64,000 bases of DNA from an uncultured Propionibacteriaceae bacterium (GTDB taxonomy: Bacteria > Actinomycetota > Actinomycetes > Propionibacteriales > Propionibacteriaceae). Position 1 is the stretch's first letter. Each line of letters starts with the position of its first letter. The DNA lies in NCBI GenBank assembly GCA_945911015.1, contig CAMDZW010000005.1:84832-148831 (forward strand). Reading direction: 5' to 3'. Below the pieces are notes generated by a model. It had not been told where the DNA came from, ran no database searches, and saw only the letters and a program-made list of their open reading frames with translations. Positions 8,849 through 18,600 of the stretch are shown in pieces. Position numbers and translations under genes: made by a program.

Positions 8849-10129
8849 CTACTTGGTGGGCGGCTTCCAGGCGCGGCGTCGACCGGCCGGCAGGGCAGCG
8901 GTGATCACACCGGTGATGGTGACGATGCCGAGCGAGGCGCCCGCCACGACCAAAGCGATGTTGCGCTGCCGGTGGTCGTTGTCGGCCTCGACCGGCGGCA
9001 CCTGGACCTTGCCGACCTGCTCGTTGTCCTCCAGCGCTGGCGGACGGGGCCCGGTCAGGGCCCGGTAGGGGTTGATGATGCCGTGCCCGATGATCGATGG
9101 GTCAGCGGCGGGCATGTCCGCGGTGTCCTCCAACAGCGACTGCACCTGTGTGGCCGTCAGATCCGGGAAACGCTCCATGATCAACGCGGCAGCCCCCGCC
9201 ACCAGCGGGGTGGCAAAGGAAGTGCCGGTCTGTGATCCGTACGCGGCCGGCCCACCGCCGGGGCAGTCGGACTCCGAACACAAGGGGAACAGTCCGACCA
9301 CGGCCGTGCCCGGCGCCGCCACCGAGATCGTCATCCCGCCGCCGTGCTGGCTGTTCGGGTCGGGCTGGTCGGCGGCATTGGTCATCGCGACTGCCATGAC
9401 TCCGGGATAGTTCGCCGGATAGGTCGGCCCGGCCGCACCCTGGTTGCCAGCTGCGGCGACCACCAGGATCCCGGCCGAGATCGCATCCTCGACAGCCGCG
9501 CGGTACTTCGGGTCGTCGGTGCCCTGCTGGCTGATCGAGATGATGTCGACCTTGAGCTTGATTGCTTCGCGGATCGCCTGGATCGTCGGCGCGAGCGGTT
9601 CGAGTTCGTCATCACCGGCCGAGGACTGCTGCAGTGCGCGCATCGCGATCACGGTCGCATCGGGGGCGATCCCGGAGAACTGGTCGGTCGGCGGCAGGGC
9701 CGGGTCGTTGCCGGGTTGACCGATGATCAGCGAGGTGACGAAGGTGCCGTGGTCGCAGTCGACGCGACCTTCGCGGGCCTTGTCGGTGTCGGCGAAGTCC
9801 CGCCACTCCAGATTCATCCCGGCTCGATGGTCGGAACGGCCGAAGAAGACGCCGGTGTCGATGACCGCAATCCGCACGCCCTTGCCGGTGGCGAGCTGGT
9901 GGAGTTCGGGAATCCGTAGCCGTTCGACCTGCCACGGCCCACCGTCGGGCATCGTCGCGGGCACCTTGGTGCCGCAGGCGGTCGGCTCGTACTTCCCGTC
10001 ACCGGGTGCGGCCATCGCCATCTGCTCGGCCGCACCCCACCCCGTACCGGAGACCAGGACGAGCCCCGCAACTGAGGCGGCGAGTCGGGCGCGCCAACGA
10101 GCGGGGCGAGAATTCGGCACGAAGGTCAA
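8849..10129 (-). CDS. mycP: Mycosin (subtilisin-like S8 serine protease MycP) of the T7SS
   Basis: The catalytic triad contexts are present: IAVIDTGV (Asp), DHGTFVTS (His) and GTSFATPLVAGAAAL (Ser). There is an N-terminal signal-like segment (RPARWRARLAASVAGLVLVSG) and a C-terminal TM anchor (IALVVAGASLGIVTITGVITAAL). I placed the start at an in-frame TTG (10129) or GTG (10120). The longest ORF (to 10348) would overlap the divergent GDPD gene. The start is uncertain. Confidence 0.85.
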   Translation of the reverse strand: MTFVPNSRPARWRARLAASVAGLVLVSGTGWGAAEQMAMAAPGDGKYEPTACGTKVPATMPDGGPWQVERLRIPELHQLATGKGVRIAVIDTGVFFGRSDHRAGMNLEWRDFADTDKAREGRVDCDHGTFVTSLIIGQPGNDPALPPTDQFSGIAPDATVIAMRALQQSSAGDDELEPLAPTIQAIREAIKLKVDIISISQQGTDDPKYRAAVEDAISAGILVVAAAGNQGAAGPTYPANYPGVMAVAMTNAADQPDPNSQHGGGMTISVAAPGTAVVGLFPLCSESDCPGGGPAAYGSQTGTSFATPLVAGAAALIMERFPDLTATQVQSLLEDTADMPAADPSIIGHGIINPYRALTGPRPPALEDNEQVGKVQVPPVEADNDHRQRNIALVVAGASLGIVTITGVITAALPAGRRRAWKPPTK

Positions 10130-10196
10130 TCTAGTCGGTCCCGTGGTCACCACGTTGTCACCGCCATCCCCGCCGGATGCGCCGTCGTCCGGCAGA

Positions 10197-11030
10197 ATGT
10201 CCACCATGTCCTCCCAGATGACAGTCTTTGCCCACCGTGGGGATTCCGGTCCCCACCCGGAGATGACGCGAGCCGCATTCGCGTCGGCGATCGACATCGC
10301 CCGCACCCGCGGGGTGGCGATCGGACTCGAGTGTGATGTCCACTTCACCGCCGACGGTCAGCTCGGCTGCCTCCACGATGCGAGCCTGGCCCGCACCGGA
10401 CGCGACGCGGACGGGTCGCCGGTGACCACCACGATGGACCAGCTCACTGTCGCCGAGCTCAAGCAGCTCGACTTCGGCAGCTGGCGCACCGATCTCAGTG
10501 AGGTACGGGAACTGACCGCCGATGAGCGGGAGTTCATGACCCTGGCCGACCTGCTCGACATGGTCGCTGCCGCCCGCGCCGAAGGCGTCGAGGTGGGGGT
10601 CGCCATCGAGACCAAGCACCCGGTGAGCCGTGACGAGGAGGTCGAAGCCGCGGTCGCCGAGCAGTTGAAGCAGCGCGGATGGACCGGTCCCGACTCCGGG
10701 ATCCGGATGATCAGCTTCTCCGCCGACGGTGTGGCCCGGATGGACGCCCTGCTGCCGGACCTGCCGCAGACCTTCATCTTCTCCCGCGAGGAGGTCTGGC
10801 AGACGATCAAGAACGGTTCCCTCGTGGTGAAGGACGGTCACGCCTTCGGGATCAGCGGTGCCCTGATCCGCAAGGACCCGCAGATCGTCGACGACTGTCA
10901 TGCCCTGGGGCGCGAGTTCCACGTCTGGACGATCAACGAGATCGACGACATCAAGGCCGTACGGGATGTGGGGGTTGACGCGATCACCTCCGACCATCCG
11001 GCACGGGTGTTTGACGTCTTGTCGGACTGA
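10197..11030 (+). CDS. Glycerophosphodiester phosphodiesterase (GDPD family)
   Basis: An internal ATG at 10197 of track ORF 9723..11030 gives MSTMSSQMTVFAHRGDSGPHPEMTRAAF...ECDVHFTADGQL. HRG and E.D motifs are typical of GDPD enzymes. The region upstream of 10197 is antisense to mycP. Confidence 0.8.
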   Translation: MSTMSSQMTVFAHRGDSGPHPEMTRAAFASAIDIARTRGVAIGLECDVHFTADGQLGCLHDASLARTGRDADGSPVTTTMDQLTVAELKQLDFGSWRTDLSEVRELTADEREFMTLADLLDMVAAARAEGVEVGVAIETKHPVSRDEEVEAAVAEQLKQRGWTGPDSGIRMISFSADGVARMDALLPDLPQTFIFSREEVWQTIKNGSLVVKDGHAFGISGALIRKDPQIVDDCHALGREFHVWTINEIDDIKAVRDVGVDAITSDHPARVFDVLSD

Positions 11031-11057
11031 GGCCGTCGGCCCGATATCCTCTCGGGC

Positions 11058-12692
11058 GTGACTGCTGCTCCCTCCCGCGTGTCCCGTGCTGCCCGTCGGC
11101 GGTCCGGGAAGGTGTTCGCGTGGGGCAGCAATGCCTATGAGCCGTATGCACCGACCGCCTGGCACCGCGACCATCGCTTTGCTGTTGGTGGGATCCTGCT
11201 CGCCACGACGATCAGCTGGGTGATCTCGCTGCTCGGCCCGTCGGCGGTCGCCCTGGACATGGGGCCGCGCAACGGCAGCCTGCTACCACCGTGGTACGGG
11301 CCGAAGTTGCCGAGCATGCCCAACGAGTGGGCGGTGTGCATTGCTTCGTGGTTGCTGTTGCTGATTGCCGGCGGGTCGTTGCTGATCGCCTTCCGGGCCC
11401 TCGGCGAGGGGTGGCGGCCGCGGCCGCGACGGATGGCCGCCATGGGTGGTGTGGTCACCTTTGTCACCGCGCTGCTGCCACCGCTGACCTCGGCAGATGT
11501 GCTGATGTACGCCGCGTACGGCCGGCTGCAGCGGATCGGACGTGACCCGTACGTCGACACTCCGGCCGAAGTGTTCCGCAGCCTCTACGACCCGGTCGTG
11601 TGGCGCACCGAGAAACCGTGGGAGGACACCCCCAGCGTCTATGGGCCGATCGCGTCATGGTCCCAACTGGCCGCGAACTTCCTTGGCGGCGAGAACATGC
11701 ACGACATCGTGTTCTGGATGCAGGCCTTCCATGTGGTCGCCTTCCTCGGAGTGTGTGCCATCACTTTGTGGATCGCCCGTGGCGACCGGGACCGGCTCAA
11801 CCGGGCCATCCTGATGACGGTGCTGAACCCGCTGATGATCTGGGGTGTGGTCACCTCGGCCCACAACGAGGGCCTGTCGGTGATCTTCGCGATCGGCGGC
11901 ATGATGTTGATGCGGCGCAGTGGTTTCGGTGCTGGGATAGGGATCGGGCTCGCCGGCTGTGCCAAGCTCAGTATCGGGTTGTGGGGCATCGCGATGCTGT
12001 GGGCCTACCGTCGTGAGCCGAAGAAGGCGCTTCTGCTCTGTCTGGGCACCCTGATCCCGATGGGACTGGCCTACGGCCTGTGGAAACCGGCCGCGTTGAC
12101 CTCGGTGTTGCGCAATGCCAGCTATGTCTCGGCCGGCTCATGGGCACAACCGTTCCATGGCTGGCTCGACACGATCCTGCACAACTACGAACTTGCACTG
12201 GCGATCACCACGGTCGTTTCGTACACCTTGTTGGTCGTGGTGGCGATCATGCTGTCCAGGCTGCTGCCGTGGAAGCCGGTGCCAGGTCTGCCCGAGGGCG
12301 TCGACCCGAAGAAGGACCCGATGACCGTGGCCTTCCGTACGGCACTGGTGCTGTCGGTCGCCTGGCTGGTCAGCTCGATGTACACCCTGTCCTGGTATGA
12401 CCTGATTGCTTTCGTCCCGCTCGGCGTTCTCGCTGCCTCGCAGCTCGACGGGATCATGGTCATCCGCAATCTCTTCCTTGCCCTGGCCTATGTGCCGGGC
12501 CGGGTGACCGACATCTCCGACGAGCTCGACTCGGCTGCTTCCTTTGTCCGTACGACGATCAGTCCACTCGTGCAGTGGGCGGTGTTGGCCGCGATCATCA
12601 TCTGGTTCGTGCTGCACACCTGGCCCTCGTTGGCCCAGCGGTTGCGTTCCCGGCTCCGACGTCCGGTGCCGCAAGGGGCTGACCAGAGGTGA
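11058..12692 (+). CDS. Polytopic GT-C membrane glycosyltransferase, MptB-like polyprenol-phosphate-mannose-dependent mannosyltransferase
   Basis: The protein is 544 aa with more than 10 hydrophobic helices. A first-loop motif SADVLMYAAYGRLQRIGRDPY and a later WEDTPSVYGPI resemble the MptB / GT-C signature. GC3 is high. The start is GTG. Confidence 0.65.
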   Translation: MTAAPSRVSRAARRRSGKVFAWGSNAYEPYAPTAWHRDHRFAVGGILLATTISWVISLLGPSAVALDMGPRNGSLLPPWYGPKLPSMPNEWAVCIASWLLLLIAGGSLLIAFRALGEGWRPRPRRMAAMGGVVTFVTALLPPLTSADVLMYAAYGRLQRIGRDPYVDTPAEVFRSLYDPVVWRTEKPWEDTPSVYGPIASWSQLAANFLGGENMHDIVFWMQAFHVVAFLGVCAITLWIARGDRDRLNRAILMTVLNPLMIWGVVTSAHNEGLSVIFAIGGMMLMRRSGFGAGIGIGLAGCAKLSIGLWGIAMLWAYRREPKKALLLCLGTLIPMGLAYGLWKPAALTSVLRNASYVSAGSWAQPFHGWLDTILHNYELALAITTVVSYTLLVVVAIMLSRLLPWKPVPGLPEGVDPKKDPMTVAFRTALVLSVAWLVSSMYTLSWYDLIAFVPLGVLAASQLDGIMVIRNLFLALAYVPGRVTDISDELDSAASFVRTTISPLVQWAVLAAIIIWFVLHTWPSLAQRLRSRLRRPVPQGADQR

Positions 12693-13747
12693 AACGTACG
12701 GCACCGACCAGAGCAGATGTCGCCAAGTTGGCCCAGGTCTCGGGGTGGACGGTGTCGGTGGTGCTCAATGATCGACCTGCTGCGCAGCAGGTGCCGGAGG
12801 CGACCCGTCAGCGGGTCCTCGACGCGGCCGCCGAGCTCGGATACGTCCCCAACATGGCGGCCCGCCGGTTGCGGGGTGGTCGCAACAAGTTGATTGGGCT
12901 GCTGGTCTACCAGGACCGCCTGCCGTTGAACGACGGCGAGCCGATGTTGGCCTACCTGCGTGGCATCCAGGACTCGGTGATGGACCGCGGCTATGACCTG
13001 GTGCTGTTCACCTCGATGCTCGGCAACCCGACGCGTACGGAGCGGACCCCCATCTACCGCGACGGGCACAACCGGCTCCATCTGGCCGACGCCACCGTGG
13101 TGTTCGGGGTGGAGACCGATCTGCGCGAGCTCCAGCAGTTGCGGGAGGAGGGCTATCGGTTCGTCTACATCGGCTCGGCCTTCAACCCGGTGCCCGGTGT
13201 GCCGATCGTGCGTCCGGACTATGCCAGCGGGGTCGATGCCGTGATCGCCGCGATGCTGGAGTTGGGGCATCGGCGGATCGGTTTCATCGGCTCCCATGAC
13301 CTGGACCATCCCCACGACCCCCAGGCGAGCCGCCGCGCAGCCTATCTGCAGGCGATGAGCGAACTCGGCGCCGACCCGATCGAGGTGGCGGTCCCACAGA
13401 TCAACGATGAGTGGTTGGCCGGTCAGATCGAGGACGGGATGACCGCAGTCGTGGCCACGGACGTACGGGTGATCCACGCGCTGATGTCGGTGGTCGGGTC
13501 GCTGGGCCTGACGGTGCCCGCCGACCTGTCGGTCGGGGTCCTGGAGCAGCTGCCGGGCGGCCCGGCCCCGGGCCTGGTGTGGTCCTGCACCCCGATCCCG
13601 CGCGAGGAGATCGCCGATCGCGGCGTTGCTCGGGTGATTGAACTGCTGGAGCGAGCAGAGCTGCCCGAGTCCTCGGTCGAATCCGTGATCTGCGGTCCTT
13701 TGGTGGGAGACACGATCGTCGCTCCGCGCACGCCTCGCCTGCCCTGA
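12689..13747 (+). CDS. LacI-family transcriptional regulator
   Basis: The N-terminal HTH reads RADVAKLAQVSGWTVSVVLND...RQRVLDAAAELGYVPNMAARRLRGG. A periplasmic-binding-protein-like effector domain follows. The GTG start overlaps the stop of the GT-C gene (GTGA). Confidence 0.85.
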   Translation: MKRTAPTRADVAKLAQVSGWTVSVVLNDRPAAQQVPEATRQRVLDAAAELGYVPNMAARRLRGGRNKLIGLLVYQDRLPLNDGEPMLAYLRGIQDSVMDRGYDLVLFTSMLGNPTRTERTPIYRDGHNRLHLADATVVFGVETDLRELQQLREEGYRFVYIGSAFNPVPGVPIVRPDYASGVDAVIAAMLELGHRRIGFIGSHDLDHPHDPQASRRAAYLQAMSELGADPIEVAVPQINDEWLAGQIEDGMTAVVATDVRVIHALMSVVGSLGLTVPADLSVGVLEQLPGGPAPGLVWSCTPIPREEIADRGVARVIELLERAELPESSVESVICGPLVGDTIVAPRTPRLP

Positions 13748-13875
13748 GCGAGGCGGTGTGATGCGTGGTCAGATCACGCTGGCGTAACAATCGGTGGGCC
13801 GGTTCTTGCTCGTCACCTACACGTATATCTATGGTTGGCACCGTCACCAACGACGTCGTCTCGCAGGAGAGTCAC

Positions 13876-15534
13876 ATGATTGGATCCCGCAGTCCTTCTT
13901 TCACCCGCCGTCGGCTGTTGGCCGGTGCGGGTGCCGGCGCGGCCGGTCTTGCCCTGGCGGCATGTTCGCCGTCCGGACCAGCGGGCTCCGGGTCGCCCAC
14001 CCAGAATGGTGGCGGATCCGCTGGCGGCGACGCGGCGGCGCTGCCACCCAACTTCATCCCGTACGAGGGCGTCGAGGCTGACCTGCCCTCACTCGACAAC
14101 GGCACCTCGGCCTTCTTCAAGGTCTATCCGGAGTCACCGCCGAACTATCTGTCAGGACCTCCCGGCGATGGTGGCGATCTGAATGCCTTTGCCGTGGTCA
14201 GCAATGCGCCGGTACCGCTGGACCGCAACCCGTACTGGCAGGCGATCAATGCCGCGCTCGGGGTGAATCTGAACATCACCGGAGCGCCGGTGGGTGATTA
14301 CCCGAACAAGTTCCAGACCATGATCGCCGGTGGGGAGCTGCCGGACACGGCGCTGGTGTTGCCGACCCTGACCCCACGGGTGCCGGAGTTGCTGGAGGCG
14401 AAGTTCACCGATCTGGGGGAGTACATCGGTGGCGAGTTGGTGGAGGAGTATCCGGCGCTGGCCAACATCCCCGGGCACCAGTGGGCGGTGTTCAACCAGA
14501 AGAACTACCTGGTGCCGTCGCCGCGGTTCCCGATCTATCGGACCTACATCGTCCGTGAGGACATCACCGAAGAGTATGGGCTGAATCCGCAACCGTCCGA
14601 TGGTGCCGAGCTCATCGAGTTGATGAAGGGGCTTTCCGATCCGAAGAACAACCGGACGGCGACGATGCAGGTCCTGGGCATGCTCGACATGGTGAACGAG
14701 ATGATGCACACGCCGAACAACTGGGCGGTCGAGGGCGGCAAGTTCACCAAGGACTACGAGGCTGAGACGTTCGCCGATGCGATCAACGAGGTCGCGAAGA
14801 TGTGGAAGGCCGGCTACTTCAACCCGGACTCGTTCAGCGCAAACATCAAGTCAGGAGCCAACGATCTCTACGGATCGGGGGCGAGCCCGCTGATGCCGAA
14901 CCCGGCCAACTGGAGCTCGTTGGCCGGTGTTGCACTGAGGGCCAACCCGGATGCGAAGACGTACTGCATCAAGCTGCCGTCGTGGGACGGCTCGGACACG
15001 GTGGTCGAGCGGTGGATGGGCATCGGAAGTCCTTACCACATTGGGATCCCGAAGACGGACCCGGAGCGGGTGAAGCTGATCCTGAAGGTCATTGACGCAC
15101 TCGCATCGCCGTTCGGCACCGCGGAGTACCTGACCTTCAAGTACGGCACGGAGGGCACCCACTGGAACCGTGGCGACGACGGTGCGATTGTCACCACCGA
15201 TGCCTGGTCGAGCGAGAGGATCGGAGCGGTCACCTATGTCGGCGCCCCGGCCCAGGTGCACTATGCGCCGTGGCCGGACGTGGCCAAGGGCGAGTACGAG
15301 ACCGAGGCCGACGACCTGGACCACCCGCTGCCGCAGCCGCAGCTCGGGCTCAACTCAGAGACCGACACCAGTGACGGCACCGCGTTGACCGCCCGGATGG
15401 TCGATGTGATGTCGGGTGTCATCCAGGGTCGCAACACCATGGACGACTGGACCACGGCCGTCGCCGACTGGCGCAAGGACGGCGGGGACAAGATCCGTGA
15501 GGAGTACGAGGAGGCCTACGCCGCCGCGAACTGA
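13876..15534 (+). CDS. Extracellular solute-binding lipoprotein (large family-1 sugar/oligosaccharide SBP), Tat signal, copy 1 of 3
   Basis: AGGAGA RBS lies at 13865-13870 and ATG at 13876. The signal reads SFTRRRLLAGAGAGAAGLALAAC, a twin-arginine motif plus lipobox. The protein is clearly paralogous by eye to the products of 23457..25067 and 32307..33944, for example the shared KFQ..(M/V)(I/A).(G/S/N)(E/D)(L/I)PD segment and the G(R/V).(G/Y)(R/G)(N/K)T(M/I).(D/E)(W/F) C-terminal motif. Confidence 0.85.
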   Translation: MIGSRSPSFTRRRLLAGAGAGAAGLALAACSPSGPAGSGSPTQNGGGSAGGDAAALPPNFIPYEGVEADLPSLDNGTSAFFKVYPESPPNYLSGPPGDGGDLNAFAVVSNAPVPLDRNPYWQAINAALGVNLNITGAPVGDYPNKFQTMIAGGELPDTALVLPTLTPRVPELLEAKFTDLGEYIGGELVEEYPALANIPGHQWAVFNQKNYLVPSPRFPIYRTYIVREDITEEYGLNPQPSDGAELIELMKGLSDPKNNRTATMQVLGMLDMVNEMMHTPNNWAVEGGKFTKDYEAETFADAINEVAKMWKAGYFNPDSFSANIKSGANDLYGSGASPLMPNPANWSSLAGVALRANPDAKTYCIKLPSWDGSDTVVERWMGIGSPYHIGIPKTDPERVKLILKVIDALASPFGTAEYLTFKYGTEGTHWNRGDDGAIVTTDAWSSERIGAVTYVGAPAQVHYAPWPDVAKGEYETEADDLDHPLPQPQLGLNSETDTSDGTALTARMVDVMSGVIQGRNTMDDWTTAVADWRKDGGDKIREEYEEAYAAAN

Positions 15535-15556
15535 CACCGACCACCCGAACCAGACG

Positions 15557-15594
15557 ATGCGGGGCTGCCGGGGGTGGGCCCCGTGGCCCCGCAT
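15557..15594 (+). terminator. GC-rich hairpin downstream of SBP-1, a candidate intrinsic terminator or attenuator
   Basis: ATGCGGGGC (15557-15565) pairs perfectly with GCCCCGCAT (15586-15594). An inner CGGGG/CCCCG pair is also present. There is no U-tract, as is common in high-GC actinobacteria. Confidence 0.45.
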
Positions 15595-15653
15595 GGTCAA
15601 ACCAACCAGTCCTCTTCACACCAGTACGACAACGACGCATTCTGGAGCACGCA

Positions 15654-18600
15654 ATGACGCAATCGTCCTCGACACCGGCATCCTCGTACGGGCCGCCCTC
15701 GGTCATGACCACCCGCCGGCGCCTGTTCGGTGCGACAGCGCTGGCCGCAGCACCGCTCACGGTGCCGGGCCTGTCTCCCCGCAAGTCCCATGCCGCGGAC
15801 CCTACGGATCCCGGAACCACTGTGGTGAAGGGAAACCAAGCCCAGGCCGTGGTCGTCCTCCCGCCCGGCTACGAGCCGACCCGTGACATCTCACCCATCG
15901 AAATTGAGGCCGAATCCGGTGTTCTCTCTGGGCCAATGCAGGTGGTCTCCGGAGATGAGGACGCATCGGGCGGTGCCTTTGTCCACGCGCCGCCAGGTAC
16001 CCCCACGGGATCGGGCAGCCTCACGATTGAGTTCGAAATCGACATCGCGGCCAGCTACGGCTTTGAGATGCTCGGGTGGGGGTTGTCAGGCACCTCGGAT
16101 TCCTGGAGCGTTCAGATCGATGATGGTCCAACGGCGACCTGGCACATGGGGAACGACCACTCTGGTTGGCGGTGGGCGAGCATCACCGACCGTCCGGCAT
16201 CGGTGGATGAAGCCATCGTTGTCAGGCTCGAGGAGGGCACACACCAGATTCGGTTCACGACACGGGAAGCAGGGGCACGACTGGACCGGCTGCGAATCGC
16301 TCCGGCACCGACCGCGACCCAGCTCAATCACAGTGCCGACCAACTGATCGAGTACGTTGAGAGGTCAACCGGGGTTCGACTCCCCATGGCTTCTGCGAGT
16401 GACGATCTGACCCATGTGCCTGCTGGCAGGATCCACCTTGGCTGGACCGGTCCCGACGCAGATGTGGAGGTGGAACAGGCTGCCGCAGGTATTGATGTGG
16501 ATGGGTTTGTGCTGTCCTCGAAGGACGGTGTGATTTCGATCGTGGGTGGCTCCGAGTGGGGCATCCGGTACGGAGTGTACGAACTCCTCGAGCGCGAGCT
16601 CGGTGTGGCGTGGCTGTTGCCGGGGCCGGACGGCGACGACGTGCCTGTACGGCAGGAGTGGATCGTCGAGAACCAGCTCGATGTACAGGAACCGAGCTTT
16701 CGGAGCCGAACCATGCCTTACCTCTTCGACACCAACGAACCTCATGCCAGGGACTGGGCCAGTGACGATCCGCAGGTCATCTGGGCGACCCGGCAACGAA
16801 CGCACAGCCGGATCACCAACGGTGGCAACCACAACTTGTTCAACGTGTTCCCACCGTCGGTGTATGCCGACCCCACCAAGCCGACCTACCGGCCCGAGAT
16901 ATTCCCGATCATCGATGGTCAGGTCAAGATCCCCGCGCCCAACAGCGGCGGTTACGGCGGATGGCAGCCGCGGTTCGACATTGAGCTGACAGTCGACATC
17001 GCCGTGGCCTACATCCGGGACTACTTCGAGCAGAACCCCGACGAGCCGTTGCTGTCGCTGGCGGTCAACGATCGCGCAGGCTATAGCGAGACCGACTTCG
17101 AAGGCGATCTCCTCAACAGCATCGGTCATCGCAGCGCATCGAAGAGCTACTACGCCTGGGTCAACAAGGTCGTCACCCGTGCGTTGGATGGCCACTCGGA
17201 GTTGACCGGCAAGATCTTTCCGGTGCTGGCCTATGACAGCGTGATCGATCCTCCCGAGTTCGACATCCACCCCAACGTGGTGCCGATGATCACCAAGGAA
17301 GCGCACGCCTGGGCGGACCGTGGTGGCGTTGGACGGGCCCACTTCAGTGGTCTGTTCGACGACTGGGGTGAGCGGGCGACGACCCTGGCGTTGTACGACT
17401 ACTGCTCGGGTCACCGCTATGTGGCGCCCCGGATGATCACCCCGGTCCTGCAGGAGGCCTATCGGTATGGGTATTCGAAGGGCATGCGGTACTCCTACGC
17501 CGACATGACGCCGGCCCCCGTCGGTGAAGGCCCGAAGACCTGGACCTACGGCAAGATGATGTGGAACCTCGACGCCGACATCCCCGCCCTGACCCGGGAA
17601 TGGTGCGACCGAGTGGTCGGTCCGGCAGGTGGCGAAAGTCTGTTTGCCTTCTATCAGCTGTGGGAGGACTTCTGGGACGGGCCTGTTCAGGACACGGCCT
17701 TCTGGCAGTTCAACCAGCCACGCAAGTATTTCCACTTCCAGATCTATGACTACTTGGGCATGGTGACTCCCGAGATGGCACAGCGTGCCCGATCGCTGCT
17801 GAATGCAGCTGCAGCTGCAGCCGACACGCCCGCTCGTCAGGCTCGTGCTGCTCTGCTGTTGGACAGCTATTCCTTCTACGACGCGGGAATCCAGAGCTAT
17901 CCACGGATCGTTGCTGCCCCGACAAGCACTCGCGAGGCACTCGTCAACGTCCGCGCGATGCAGGCAGAGACAACAGCACGAGTTGCCAAGGCGAGCGAAC
18001 GTCTGGTGATCAAGGAGCGTCACGACACTGATCCATTGTTGGACCAGCGATGGGATCACTATCGTTACAACCAGGTGTGGACCGGGTACAGCGCGTCGGA
18101 CTTCTGGAACCTCCATGACTACCTGGTCAGCGAAGAGCCTGACGGCGGCCCGGTGACGATCATGTTGCGCAACCAGGTGCGACATGGCTCATCAGACGAT
18201 CCGGCTGTGCGGATGGCGGCTTTCATCCTGCGTGCTGCTGCCGGCGAGATTGCGCCGGTCGACATCAACGGAGACTTCGCGATCGGCGGCGACGACGCTC
18301 CGCCGTGGAGATTCTCCGGTGTGATGCACCGCGCTGATGGTGTCGGTGTGGACGGCTCGGCCGGGATCGTGGTCCCGCCCACGCCGGACATCCCAGTGCC
18401 GAACCGGGAGAGCTCGATGATCCTGCCCATCCCGGCACGGACGGGGCTGTTTGCCTTCCGCATGCGTTACCGCAGCACTGTGCCGAACCCTGACATGGGG
18501 ATCGCCTCGGTGAAGGTTCACCTGTGGACCGCATCGGGAAGCAACATCACCAACTTCGCCCAACCCATGCGTCTGCTGGCAGACACCGGCGATCAGTGGG

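Noticed and set aside
1-10129. Small WXG100-type ORFs hidden within the T7SS block
   Set aside because: Every ~90-110-aa ORF in the track for this region lies inside, or antisense to, a stronger gene. None shows a central W-x-G motif in a helix-turn-helix-like context.
10130-10348. N-terminal extension of mycP to the longest ORF start, and the long form (9723..) of the GDPD ORF
   Set aside because: The two extensions overlap each other on opposite strands. Internal starts give a proper signal peptide for MycP and a canonical GDPD N-terminus, leaving a 67-bp divergent promoter gap.
16365-18185. 606-aa minus-strand ORF inside the DUF4838-like gene. The same category includes 25572..27407(-), 41349..43091(-), 45234..46631(-), 49689..51359(-), 34219..35037(-), 39304..40527(+) and 130..555(+).
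   Set aside because: Each of these lies antisense to a gene with clear homology motifs and correct GC3 phasing. Their products are Arg/Gly/Pro-rich with no motifs.
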